NCBI RefSeq assembly: GCF_000737315.1
Contig: NZ_JMCB01000014.1
Coordinates: 296,985-360,984, forward strand
Reading direction: 5' to 3'
Origin: Hyalangium minutum
Lineage (GTDB): Bacteria > Myxococcota > Myxococcia > Myxococcales > Myxococcaceae
Length of the DNA stretch: 64,000 bases
In this document: piece by piece, positions 19,427 to 28,513 of the stretch
Layout of the letters: the number at the start of each line of letters is the position of its first letter
How positions within the stretch are numbered: position 1 is the first letter of the stretch
Notes under the pieces: model-generated
What the model was told of the DNA's origin: nothing
Databases searched by the model: none
What the model saw: only the letters and a program-made list of their open reading frames with translations
Position numbers and translations under genes: made by a program

Positions 19427-20212
19427 ATGACACACTCTGCCCTGCCCACCGGCGCCGAGGCGCTCGGAGCCTCTCCTCTTGTCTCGAGAGCCCGCGAGCT
19501 GTTCGCGGAGCTCCTTCAGCTGCGCCAGCAACTCCAGGCGCTGTCCGTCCCCAGCCGCTTCACGGCCAAGGCTCCGCCGGGCCCCAGCATCGACGAGATC
19601 TGGCGAAGGCTGCGGGAGCGCATCCAGGAGCAGACGGGCCTCGCGGGCGCTCCCCGCGGCTCGCTGCTGGAGCGCCACCTCGAGGAGTGCCGCTATGTGC
19701 TCACCTCCTTCGCCGACGAGCTGCTCGTCCACACGGAGTGGTACGGCCGGGAAGCGTGGCAGCAGCACCTGCTGGAGGATGAGCTCTTCGGCACGCACGA
19801 GGCCGGTGATCGCATCTTCGCGGACGTGGAGCGGCTGCTGCGAGAGCGGGATCCCGCGCGCGCCGAGCTCGCAGGGGTGTACCTGATGGCGCTCTCGCTG
19901 GGCTTCGAGGGCCGGTACCGAGGGCTCGGCAGCGAGGCCCTTCTCCAGGATCTGCAGCGCCAGCTCTTCGCGCTCGTCTTCCAGCGGCCGCCCGAGCCGG
20001 ACACCCGCCCCCAGCACCTGGTGGACGAGGCCTACGCCCACACCCGGGACGAGCGGACGGATCGGCGGTTCGCGCGCCGGTGGCCCTGGGCCGCGGCCAT
20101 CGCCACCGTGCTCGTGGGCGCCGTCTCCACCAGCCTGGTGCTGGCGCTCTCCCCGTCCTCGCCTCCTTCCCCCACGGCCATTTCCTCCTCTCTCCCGGAG
20201 ACGCACCCATGA
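19427..20212 (+). CDS. tssL: T6SS inner-membrane protein TssL/DotU (no OmpA domain)
   Basis: FADELL...W...LLEDELFGTHEAGDRIF...LSLGFEGRY; C-terminal TM. Confidence 0.9.
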   Translation: MTHSALPTGAEALGASPLVSRARELFAELLQLRQQLQALSVPSRFTAKAPPGPSIDEIWRRLRERIQEQTGLAGAPRGSLLERHLEECRYVLTSFADELLVHTEWYGREAWQQHLLEDELFGTHEAGDRIFADVERLLRERDPARAELAGVYLMALSLGFEGRYRGLGSEALLQDLQRQLFALVFQRPPEPDTRPQHLVDEAYAHTRDERTDRRFARRWPWAAAIATVLVGAVSTSLVLALSPSSPPSPTAISSSLPETHP

Positions 20213-21465
20213 GCGCACCTTCCACCTCTCTCCACACGGCGCTGCAACGGCTGGGCGCCACCGGCAAGCACCGCGAGCGCCGCTACCAGGTGCCCTGGCT
20301 GATGCTCGTGGGCGAGCCGGGCTCGGGCCGCACCTCGCTGGCGGCGGGTGCCCACCTGCGCCGCCCCTATGGCTCTCCTACGCGCAAGGAGCTGGAGGCC
20401 GGCGGCTGGGGCGTCTGGCTCTTCGACCAGGGCGTGGTGCTCGACATGCCCGGCCTCACGGAGCAACCCACGCCAGAGTGGCAGGACGCCCTCCGGAGCC
20501 TGAAGCAGCTCCGGGGCCAGCGGCCCGTGGACGGGCTGATGCTGACGGTGCCCGCCTCGCGCCTGACGGGCCCGCAGGCCCTGGATGACGTGGGGCTGGA
20601 GCGCATGGCGCAGGGCCTCTTCGAGAGACTGCAAGCCCTGCGCAGCGAGCTGGGCGTGCGCGCGCCCGTGTATGTCGTCATCACCCAGTCGGATCTGATC
20701 CCCGGCTTCGCCGCCTTCTGCCGCACCCTGCCGCCGCACAGGCGGGACGAGATGCTCGGCTGGTCCAGCCCCGCCTCGCCCCAGGAGCCCTACTCTCCCG
20801 CCTGGGTGGACACGGCCTTCCAGGTCATCCACCAAGAGCTCTGCGCCCTCCAGCTCGAGCTGCTCGCAGCGGGGCAAGGAGCGCAGGCGGACCGGGAGTC
20901 CGCGTTCCTCTTCCCCTCCGAGCTGCGCGCGCTCGCGCGGCCGGTGAGCCGGCTGCTCGACGTCCTCTTCCAATCCTCCACCTTCGCCCAGCCGGCCCTG
21001 CTGCGAGGGATCTACTTCTGCGGCGACCCCGTGCCGCAAGGCGCCGCCGGGCTGGGTGGGGCTCCTCGCACGCCCGCTTTCATCACCCACCTGCTGGAGC
21101 GCAAGGCCTTCCCCGAGAGCGGCTTGGCCAGCCCGGATGCCGAGGCCGCGCGCCGCAACCGGAGGGGTGTGGGCCTGCTGCAGGGCGCGCTCGCCGTCTG
21201 CGTGCTGCTGGCGGCGCTCGTGCTGGGCCTGCTGTGGAAGAGCACGCGTGCTCCTAAGCCGCTCCCGGAACCGCCCCCCGCAGTCACTGTGGCAAGCCCC
21301 CCTGAAGTCTCCGAGCCGCCCCCACCGCAGAAGCCGGCTCAAGCCCGGCGCCGCCCAGGCCGCACGCTCGGCAAGGCCCTCGCCTTCGACGACGCCCCTC
21401 CGCCCCAGCCGATCCGCAACGGCGCCTCGACCTTCGATGACGCGCCCCCTCCTCCCACCCATTGA
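20209..21465 (+). CDS. tssM: Short TssM/IcmF-like protein (cytoplasmic NTPase-like domain, one TM, Pro-rich tail)
   Basis: PWLMLVGEPGSGRTS, DMPG, PVDGLML, PVYVVITQSDLIPGF, LRGIYFCG; about 418 aa. Confidence 0.85.
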   Translation: MSAPSTSLHTALQRLGATGKHRERRYQVPWLMLVGEPGSGRTSLAAGAHLRRPYGSPTRKELEAGGWGVWLFDQGVVLDMPGLTEQPTPEWQDALRSLKQLRGQRPVDGLMLTVPASRLTGPQALDDVGLERMAQGLFERLQALRSELGVRAPVYVVITQSDLIPGFAAFCRTLPPHRRDEMLGWSSPASPQEPYSPAWVDTAFQVIHQELCALQLELLAAGQGAQADRESAFLFPSELRALARPVSRLLDVLFQSSTFAQPALLRGIYFCGDPVPQGAAGLGGAPRTPAFITHLLERKAFPESGLASPDAEAARRNRRGVGLLQGALAVCVLLAALVLGLLWKSTRAPKPLPEPPPAVTVASPPEVSEPPPPQKPAQARRRPGRTLGKALAFDDAPPPQPIRNGASTFDDAPPPPTH

Positions 21466-21481
21466 GCCCCGAGCCTCCGCC

Positions 21482-22585
21482 ATGGCCGACGTTCTCCCCT
21501 CTCCTGCACCGGACCTCGAGCCGCTCCTGCGGCCGATCTCTCCCGAAGCGCCCTCGGGCCGCAGCCTGCGCTATGAGCCCCTCTACGATCAGCTCCGGGA
21601 GGCCCGGCGCGAGGATGACCCCACGCTGCCCCAAGGCGTGTGGCAGGCCCCCCTCAAGCGGGCCAACTGGGCCCAAGTGGTGGAGCTCTGCCAGCACGCG
21701 CTGACGCGCGACTCGAAGGATCTGCAGCTGGCCGCATGGCTCACGGAGGCCTGGGGGTTTCAGCAGGGCTTCGCGGGGCTGGCGCGCGGGCTGTGGCTGA
21801 CCCGCGCGCTGGTGGAGCGCTTCTGGGACTCGCTCTGGCCCGCTCTCGAGGAGGGGGACGCGGAGGCCCGGCTCGCCCCTTTGACGTGGCTCGATGACAG
21901 GCTCCCCACGGTCCTCGGCCAGGTCCCGCTCGTCCGAACCCAGGGCCCCAACGCCGTGAGCCACGGCTTCGCGGATTGGCAGCAGATCCTCCACCAGGAG
22001 AAGCGCGGCGGAGCCCCGAAGGCCGCGTCCGATGAGGAGGAAGAGGCCGACAGCGCCGAGGAAGGCCCGCTGACGCGGGAGCGCTTCCTGGACATCGCCT
22101 CCCAGATGCCGGCCGTGGGCCTTGGCACGCTCGCGCGGGAGATGGACGCCTTGCTGAAGGCCAGCTCCGCGCTGGAACAGGCACTCGACGCCAAGCTGGG
22201 GCGCGCCAGCGCGCTGCTGCGCCGCACCCGCGAGGTCCTCGGAGGCCTCCAGGCCCTGGCCACCACGCTGCGCGCCAGCTCCGCGAAGGAGGAACCAGGG
22301 GCGGTGGCGGGCACCCCGGCGGATGGAGAATCTCCCGAGCTCCCTACGGGCCCGGGGACGAACCCGCGCGCCATCCGCAGCCGGGAAGAGGCCTACCAAT
22401 GGCTGAGCCTCGCCTCGGACTACCTGCGGCGCACCGAGCCACACAGCCCCGTCCCCTACCTGGTCAAGCGCGCCGTGCTCTGGGGGCAGTTGCCTCTCGA
22501 GCAGCTCCTCCAGGAGCTGATCCCCAACGCCTCCCACCTGGAGGCCATCCACTCCCTGCTCGGAATGAAGCTGGAGAAGAAGTGA
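21482..22585 (+). CDS. tssA: T6SS TssA (ImpA family)
   Basis: LL-PIS..P.G..LRY, SKDLQLAAWL, EPHSPVPYLVKRA..WG. Confidence 0.92.
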   Translation: MADVLPSPAPDLEPLLRPISPEAPSGRSLRYEPLYDQLREARREDDPTLPQGVWQAPLKRANWAQVVELCQHALTRDSKDLQLAAWLTEAWGFQQGFAGLARGLWLTRALVERFWDSLWPALEEGDAEARLAPLTWLDDRLPTVLGQVPLVRTQGPNAVSHGFADWQQILHQEKRGGAPKAASDEEEEADSAEEGPLTRERFLDIASQMPAVGLGTLAREMDALLKASSALEQALDAKLGRASALLRRTREVLGGLQALATTLRASSAKEEPGAVAGTPADGESPELPTGPGTNPRAIRSREEAYQWLSLASDYLRRTEPHSPVPYLVKRAVLWGQLPLEQLLQELIPNASHLEAIHSLLGMKLEKK

Positions 22586-22591
22586 GGCGAC

Positions 22592-23056
22592 ATGTCCCGA
22601 GACAACCAGACCTCCGGATTCGCGGCGCCCCTGCTGGACAGGCTCACGGACACAGAGAGCGTGTCCTGGCTCGATGAAGAACAGCTGCGCGCCTCGGTGA
22701 GGCGCGAGGTGGCGCACGCGTTGAGCACCCGCTGCACGCTCACCTTGGAGCAGGCCGGCGCGCTCGAGCCTCATGAGCGCTCGGCCCTGGACTATGGGCT
22801 ACCGGACCTGCGGCCACTCGGGACAACCGCCGCCGAGGCCCTGCACCTGGAGCGGCTCATCGCCCATGCGGTCGAGGCCTACGAGCCACGCCTGCGGCAG
22901 ATCCAGGTCTCCGTCCAGCTTCCTCCCGAGGAGGAGGGCTCCCCCGTCGCGCTGATCACCGCCCGGCTGGTTCAGAGCCCAATCAACGAGTCCATCTCCC
23001 TCCCGCTGCGGCTGGACCGGAGCGGGAGGCTGGTGGAGGTGGAGCACGAGCGCTGA
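22592..23056 (+). CDS. tssE: T6SS baseplate TssE (gp25-like)
   Basis: LLDRL, LDYGLPD, YEPRL. Confidence 0.88.
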   Translation: MSRDNQTSGFAAPLLDRLTDTESVSWLDEEQLRASVRREVAHALSTRCTLTLEQAGALEPHERSALDYGLPDLRPLGTTAAEALHLERLIAHAVEAYEPRLRQIQVSVQLPPEEEGSPVALITARLVQSPINESISLPLRLDRSGRLVEVEHER

Positions 23057-23117
23057 TCACATCCGGCGGCGCCCGGCTCCATCCCACGAACCCCAACCCT
23101 CTCGAAGGAGAGACGAC

Positions 23118-23627
23118 ATGCCCGCGAAGGAAAGCACTCAACACATCCTGACCCGGATCCGGCCCCCTCGGGTGCAGATCACCTACGACGTGGAGATCGG
23201 TGACGCGGTGGAGCAGAAGGAGCTGCCGCTGGTGGTCGGCATCCTGGCGGATCTGGCAGGGCAGCAGCAGGAGCTCCCGCGGCTGAAGGAACGCAAGTTC
23301 GTCGAGATCGACCGCGACAACTTCGACGAGGTGATGGCCGCCACCGGGCCGAGGCTGCGGCTGTCCGTGCCGGACAAGCTCCGCGAGGACGGCGGCAGCA
23401 TGGCCGTGGAGCTGCGATTCCAAAGCATGGACTCGTTCCACCCGCGCCAGCTCGTCGAGCAGATCGAGCCGCTGCGCAAGCTCCTGGAGTCGCGCCAGCG
23501 GCTGGTGGACCTGCTGGCCAAGCTGGACGGCAACGACGCGCTGGCGGAGCTGCTGCGGTCCGTGCTGGCGGACAAGTCCCGCCTCCAGGCGCTCGAGGCC
23601 GAGCTGAAGGCTCCCACGGAGCACTGA
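23118..23627 (+). CDS. tssB: T6SS sheath small subunit TssB
   Basis: RPPRVQITYDVE, KELPLVVGILAD, F.SMDSFHP. Confidence 0.95.
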   Translation: MPAKESTQHILTRIRPPRVQITYDVEIGDAVEQKELPLVVGILADLAGQQQELPRLKERKFVEIDRDNFDEVMAATGPRLRLSVPDKLREDGGSMAVELRFQSMDSFHPRQLVEQIEPLRKLLESRQRLVDLLAKLDGNDALAELLRSVLADKSRLQALEAELKAPTEH

Positions 23628-23667
23628 CCCCTGAAGCCCAACCCCCAAACCTGAAACGGAGGAAGTG

Positions 23668-25176
23668 ATGTTCGAGGAAGGCACGCAAGAAGCCACGCAG
23701 GAACCCCCGCGGCAGCAACAGACGCAGACCCTGCAGCCAGAGCAAGGGCTGCTCACGCGCATCATCGAGGAGGGCCGGCTGGCGCGAGAGGACGGCCAGC
23801 AGCCTCGCGCCCGGGAGCTGGTGGGCGAGTTCGTGGAGCAGGCCCTCACCCAAGACTCCGTCTCGCCCGAGGCGGATCTGGTGGCGCTCATCCACCAGCG
23901 CATCGCGCGCATCGACGAGCTGCTGGGCGCGCAGCTGGACGAGGTGCTCCACGCCGAGCCCTTCCAGCGGCTGGAGGCCTCGTGGCGGGGCCTGCACCTG
24001 ATGGTCCACGACACGGAGACGGGGACAAACCTGAAGCTCCGGGTGCTCCACGCCACGAAGAAGGAGCTGCTTGAGGATCTGGAGCGGGCACCCGAGTTCG
24101 ATCAGAGCGCCCTCTTCAAGAAGCTCTACGAGGAGGAGTACGGCACCTTCGGCGGGCAGCCATACGGGGTCCTCCTCGGCGACTACGAGTTCGGCCGGAG
24201 CCCGCGGGACGTGGCGCTGCTGGAAGGAATCTCCCACGTGGCCGCCGCCGCGCACGCGCCCTTCATCTCCGCGGCCAGTCCCTCGCTGTTCGATCTGGAC
24301 AGCTTCACGGACATCGGGGCGCCGAGGGATCTGGCGCGCACCTTCGAGAGCACGGAGCTCATCCGCTACCGCAGCTTCCGGGACTCGGAGGACGCGCGGT
24401 ACGTGGGGCTGGTGCTGCCCCACGTGCTGATGCGGTTGCCCTACGGCGAGGACACGGCGCCGGTGGAGGGCTTCGGCTACCGCGAGGACGTGGACGGTCG
24501 CGATCACCACAAGTACCTGTGGGGCAACGCGGCCTATGCGCTGGGCCTGCGCATCACCCACGCCTTCGCGCAGTACCAGTGGTGCGCCAACATCCGCGGG
24601 GTAGAGAGCGGCGGCATCGTCCAGGGGCTGCCCACGCACACCTTCCGCACGGACGAGGGAGACATCGCCCAGAAGTGCCCCACGGAGGTGGCCATCACCG
24701 ACCGGCGCGAAAAGGAGCTCAGCGATCTGGGCTTCATCACCCTGTGCCACAGCAAGGGCACCGACTACGCGGCCTTCTTCGGCGCGCAGACGGCCCACAA
24801 GCCCCGCCGCTACGACACGCCCCAGGCCAACGCCAACGCGGAGCTGTCCTCGCAGCTGCCGTACATCCTGGCCTCGTCGCGCTTCGCGCACTACCTCAAG
24901 GTCATCATGCGCGACAAGGTGGGCGGCTTCGCTTCCAGCCAGGAAATCTCCGCCTTCCTCAACCGGTGGATCAGCCAGTACGTGCAGACCAACGAGAACG
25001 CCTCCTTCTCCATCAAGGCCCGCCAGCCGCTGCGCGAGGCCCGGGTGGACGTGGCCGAGGTCCCTGGCCACCCTGGCACGTACCGGGCGGTGGTGTTCCT
25101 GCGCCCCCACTTCCAGCTCAACGAGCTGACCGCCTCGATCCGCCTGGTGGCGGAGCTGCCCCAGCCGGCCGCATGA
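23668..25176 (+). CDS. tssC: T6SS sheath large subunit TssC
   Basis: FQRLEASWRGL, YEEEYGTFGG, AAAAHAPF, YLWGNAA, LPYI, RPHFQL. Confidence 0.97.
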   Translation: MFEEGTQEATQEPPRQQQTQTLQPEQGLLTRIIEEGRLAREDGQQPRARELVGEFVEQALTQDSVSPEADLVALIHQRIARIDELLGAQLDEVLHAEPFQRLEASWRGLHLMVHDTETGTNLKLRVLHATKKELLEDLERAPEFDQSALFKKLYEEEYGTFGGQPYGVLLGDYEFGRSPRDVALLEGISHVAAAAHAPFISAASPSLFDLDSFTDIGAPRDLARTFESTELIRYRSFRDSEDARYVGLVLPHVLMRLPYGEDTAPVEGFGYREDVDGRDHHKYLWGNAAYALGLRITHAFAQYQWCANIRGVESGGIVQGLPTHTFRTDEGDIAQKCPTEVAITDRREKELSDLGFITLCHSKGTDYAAFFGAQTAHKPRRYDTPQANANAELSSQLPYILASSRFAHYLKVIMRDKVGGFASSQEISAFLNRWISQYVQTNENASFSIKARQPLREARVDVAEVPGHPGTYRAVVFLRPHFQLNELTASIRLVAELPQPAA

Positions 25177-25241
25177 GGCGGGCCCACCCCCACTCGTCAC
25201 ATCTCATCCCTTCACCCCTCTCTCACGCGAGGCCATAGACC

Positions 25242-25700
25242 ATGCCAGAAAGCATTTATCTGAAGATCGCCAAGGCGCCGGGCAGCTCCAAGGTGCAGGC
25301 TTATTCGGGCCAGATCGAAGTCCTCTCCTACCGCTACGGGCTGACCTTCCCCATGACGCTCAATGAGCGCTCCAACGATGGGGAGATCAAGCGCCAGGGA
25401 CGTCCCAACCACGGAGAGTTCCAGATCACCAAGTTGGTGGATAAGGCCTCCCCCAACCTCTACCTGTCCTGCAGCAAAGGCGAGAGCGTGGGCAACGCCA
25501 CCCTCACCGTCGCCGGCAGCGATGACAGCGTCATCTTCACGTACGAGCTGACCGAAGTCGTCATCACGTCGATCTCCGTCGCGGGAGGCGCCCGGGGAGA
25601 CCCCGTCGAGACGGTGTCGCTCGACTACGCGACCATCGAGTGGAAAGAGGGCGCGAGCAACTCGACGAAGTGGGATCGCAAGACCAACAAGACGGCCTGA
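25242..25700 (+). CDS. hcp: Hcp tube protein (TssD)
   Basis: YLKI..G.S, IEVLSY, ITKLVDKASPNL, ETVSLDYA.IEW. Confidence 0.92.
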   Translation: MPESIYLKIAKAPGSSKVQAYSGQIEVLSYRYGLTFPMTLNERSNDGEIKRQGRPNHGEFQITKLVDKASPNLYLSCSKGESVGNATLTVAGSDDSVIFTYELTEVVITSISVAGGARGDPVETVSLDYATIEWKEGASNSTKWDRKTNKTA

Positions 25701-25721
25701 GCCAGCGGACGGAGGAGCGCG

Positions 25722-27539
25722 ATGGGCACCCAACAGGATGAACTGCTCCAGGCCTACCAGCGGGAACTGGCCTGGCTGCGCGGGGAAGGGGCGGAGTTCG
25801 CCGCCCACTACCCCAAGCTGGCCGCGAGGCTGCGTTTAGGAGCGAGCGAGGTGGGCGATCCCCACGTGGAGCGCCTCATCGAGTCGTTCGCATTCCTCAC
25901 CGCGCGCGTCCAGCACGCCTTCGACAGCGATCTGCCGGAGCTCTCCACCACACTGCTGGGCCTGCTGGCCCCTCACCTGGTGGAGCCCCTGCCCTCGCTG
26001 TCCATCGCCTGCTTCGAGGTGGATACGGCGGCGGGCCTGCCCCTCGCGGGCCACCGCATCGAGCGCGGCACGCAGCTGCTGGCCGAGCCGCGCCCGGGGC
26101 AGACCTGCCGCTTCCGCACCTGCTCACCGGTGACCCTCTGGCCGCTGAAGGTGGCGGAAGCGAGCCTGGAGTCCCCGCTCTCCTTCAGCTGGCTGCGCAC
26201 GCGGCGGGACGTGTCCGCGGTGCTGCGGCTCCGGCTGGAGGCGCGCGGAGCCCAGCTGGCGGAGCTGCAGCTGGACCGGCTCCAGTTCTTCCTCGACGGC
26301 CCTCCCGAGGTGGCCTTCCGCCTCTACGAGCTGCTCACCTGCCAGGCCCGAGGCGTGGCGCTTGCGCCGGACAGCGCACCGGATGAGCCTCACCTCCAGC
26401 CCATGGACAGCCTGCGTCAGCTCGGCTTCGGCCCCGAGGAGGCAGTGCTGCCCTCCCCTCCGCACCTGCACCGCGGCTACCGCCTGCTGCAGGAGTACTT
26501 CGCCTTCCCCGAGAAGTTCCTCTTCTTCGAGCTGGCGCTGGAGCGCGCGTGCCTCCAGGCCTCCCAGCAAGCGCTCGAGGTCTACGTGCTGCTGGAAGGC
26601 GCGCCCAGCGAGGGCCTCGCGCTCACGCCCGAGACGTTCCGGCTGGGCTGCACCCCCATCATCAACCTCTTCCCCAAGCTGGCCGAGCCCGTCCGGCTGG
26701 ATCAGCGCCGCACCGAGTATCCGCTGGTGCCCGACTACCGCCGCCCGAGGGAGCTGGAGCTCCACTCCATCCTCTCGGTCACCGCTGCCACGGAGGGAGC
26801 CGGGAGCACGAGGGAAGTCGATCCCCTCTTCTCCTGGAGCCACGGGGAGGACGGAGAGGAGCCGCGCGCCTTCTGGTACACCCGGCGCCAGCCCACCGGC
26901 CGAGCGGGGGGACAGGGCTCGCAGGTGCTGCTGTCCTTCGTGGATCTGGAGCTCGATCCCCACCTGCCCGCGGAGCAGACGCTGCACGTGCACACGCTGT
27001 GCACCAACGGGGAGCTGCCCGTGCAGTTGGCGCCCGGCTCGGCGCTGCAGGTGGAGGAGCGGGTCCCCGTGGGCGCCATCCGCTGCCTGCGCCGCCCCAC
27101 GCCTCCCCGCGAGCCTCCGGACAAGGGCCCCGTGCTGTGGCAGCTCGTCTCGTTGCTGTCGTTGAACCACCTCTCGCTCGCCACCGGCCCGCGGGCGCTG
27201 GAGGCGCTCGAGGAGCTGCTGCGGCTGCATGACTGCTCCGGCGGCCAGGTGTCCGTGCAGCAACTCCAGGGGCTGACAGGGCTGGAGAGCCGCCCGGTGG
27301 TGCGCCAGCGAGGCTGGGAGGCCTGGCGAGGCTTCTGCCGGGGCCTGGAGATCACCCTCACCTTCGACGAGTCCCGCTACGTGGGCGGCAGCGCCCTGCT
27401 GCTCGCGGCGGTGCTCCACCACTTCCTCGGCCTGTACGCCCCGGTGGATTCCTTTACCCAGCTCGTCGCGAGGAGCGAGCAGCGGGAGGACACATGGAAG
27501 CGATGGCCCCCCATGGCCGGCGACGCGCCCCTGGTGTAG
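25722..27539 (+). CDS. tssF: T6SS baseplate TssF
   Basis: YQRELAWLR, DPHVERLIESFAFL, YRLLQEYFAFPEKF, LGCTPIINLF, LSLNHLSL. Confidence 0.96.
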   Translation: MGTQQDELLQAYQRELAWLRGEGAEFAAHYPKLAARLRLGASEVGDPHVERLIESFAFLTARVQHAFDSDLPELSTTLLGLLAPHLVEPLPSLSIACFEVDTAAGLPLAGHRIERGTQLLAEPRPGQTCRFRTCSPVTLWPLKVAEASLESPLSFSWLRTRRDVSAVLRLRLEARGAQLAELQLDRLQFFLDGPPEVAFRLYELLTCQARGVALAPDSAPDEPHLQPMDSLRQLGFGPEEAVLPSPPHLHRGYRLLQEYFAFPEKFLFFELALERACLQASQQALEVYVLLEGAPSEGLALTPETFRLGCTPIINLFPKLAEPVRLDQRRTEYPLVPDYRRPRELELHSILSVTAATEGAGSTREVDPLFSWSHGEDGEEPRAFWYTRRQPTGRAGGQGSQVLLSFVDLELDPHLPAEQTLHVHTLCTNGELPVQLAPGSALQVEERVPVGAIRCLRRPTPPREPPDKGPVLWQLVSLLSLNHLSLATGPRALEALEELLRLHDCSGGQVSVQQLQGLTGLESRPVVRQRGWEAWRGFCRGLEITLTFDESRYVGGSALLLAAVLHHFLGLYAPVDSFTQLVARSEQREDTWKRWPPMAGDAPLV

Positions 27540-28513
27540 CGCAGGAGCTCTTCGAGTCCGGCCACCGCTTCGACTTCTTCCAGGCGATGCGCCTGCTGCG
27601 GCGGCTGCGCCCCGAGGCACCGGTGCGCCTGCGCTCCTCGGGAGACATGGCCTTTCCCCCCAGCGACATCGTCCAGGTGAAGCCACCCGCGCGGCCGGGA
27701 GAGGCGCCGGAGCTGACGGTGGCCTTCCTCGGGCTGGGCGGGGTGCAGGGGCCGCTGCCGAGGCCCTTCGCCCAACAGCTCCGGGACCGGACGCGCGCGG
27801 GGGACACGGGGCTGCGCGACTTCCTGGACATCTTCCACCACCGGCTGCTGTCGCTGCTGTACCAGGGGCGGGTGCTGCGCCGGGTGTGGCTGGAGCCGGG
27901 CCCGCCTGAGGCCCACGCCGTGGCCCGCTACCTGTACGCGTGGATGGGGCTGGGCACCCGGGGGACGCGAGGACGGCTGGAAGTCGAAGATCGCATGCTG
28001 CTGCGCTACGCGGGGCTGCTCGCGCACCGGCCCGTGTCCCTGGAAGCGCTGCGGGCCCTGATCTCGGACGCGCTGAGCGTGGGGGTGAGGCCGAGAGCGC
28101 CCCAGGGTGCGTGGCTGCCGCTGGAGGCGGAGCAGTGGACGCGGCTGGGCCTCACCGGCGGCAACCAGCGGCTCGGCCAGGACGCGGTGCTGGGCACGCG
28201 CGCGTGGCTGGAGCAGGCGGGTGTGGAGCTGGAGCTGGGGCCTCTCTCGTGGCGCCGCTACGTGGAGCTGCTGCCGGGGAGCCGGGGCCTGGGCACCCTG
28301 CGCTCGCTCACCCGGTTCGCGCTGGGTCCGGGCCTCGAGGTGCGGCTGGTGCTGTCCGTGCGCGCCGCGGAGATCCCCGCGCAGCCCCTAAGCGCTCCGA
28401 GCGGCCCACGCCTGGGGTGGACTTCCTGGCTGCGCGCCAGCCCCGGCCGACAGGGAGTCCAGACGGTGGCGCTCGCACCCCATCACCTGGCCGCACACGA
28501 GGAGGGACCATGA
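27503..28513 (+). CDS. tssG: T6SS baseplate TssG
   Basis: FDFFQAMRLL, FLGL.G.QGPLP, DFLDIFHHRLL, LG..A.LG. Confidence 0.93.
   Translation: MAPHGRRRAPGVAQELFESGHRFDFFQAMRLLRRLRPEAPVRLRSSGDMAFPPSDIVQVKPPARPGEAPELTVAFLGLGGVQGPLPRPFAQQLRDRTRAGDTGLRDFLDIFHHRLLSLLYQGRVLRRVWLEPGPPEAHAVARYLYAWMGLGTRGTRGRLEVEDRMLLRYAGLLAHRPVSLEALRALISDALSVGVRPRAPQGAWLPLEAEQWTRLGLTGGNQRLGQDAVLGTRAWLEQAGVELELGPLSWRRYVELLPGSRGLGTLRSLTRFALGPGLEVRLVLSVRAAEIPAQPLSAPSGPRLGWTSWLRASPGRQGVQTVALAPHHLAAHEEGP

Noticed and set aside
20209-21465. tssM as a frameshifted pseudogene
   Set aside because: No IcmF periplasmic sequence in other frames; tssA starts 16 bp after the stop and all neighbouring genes are intact. A clean in-frame deletion cannot be excluded.
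27940-28509. N-terminally extended 806-aa VgrG
   Set aside because: The extension overlaps tssG in another frame; the ATGA-coupled start at 28510 gives a normal VgrG N-terminus
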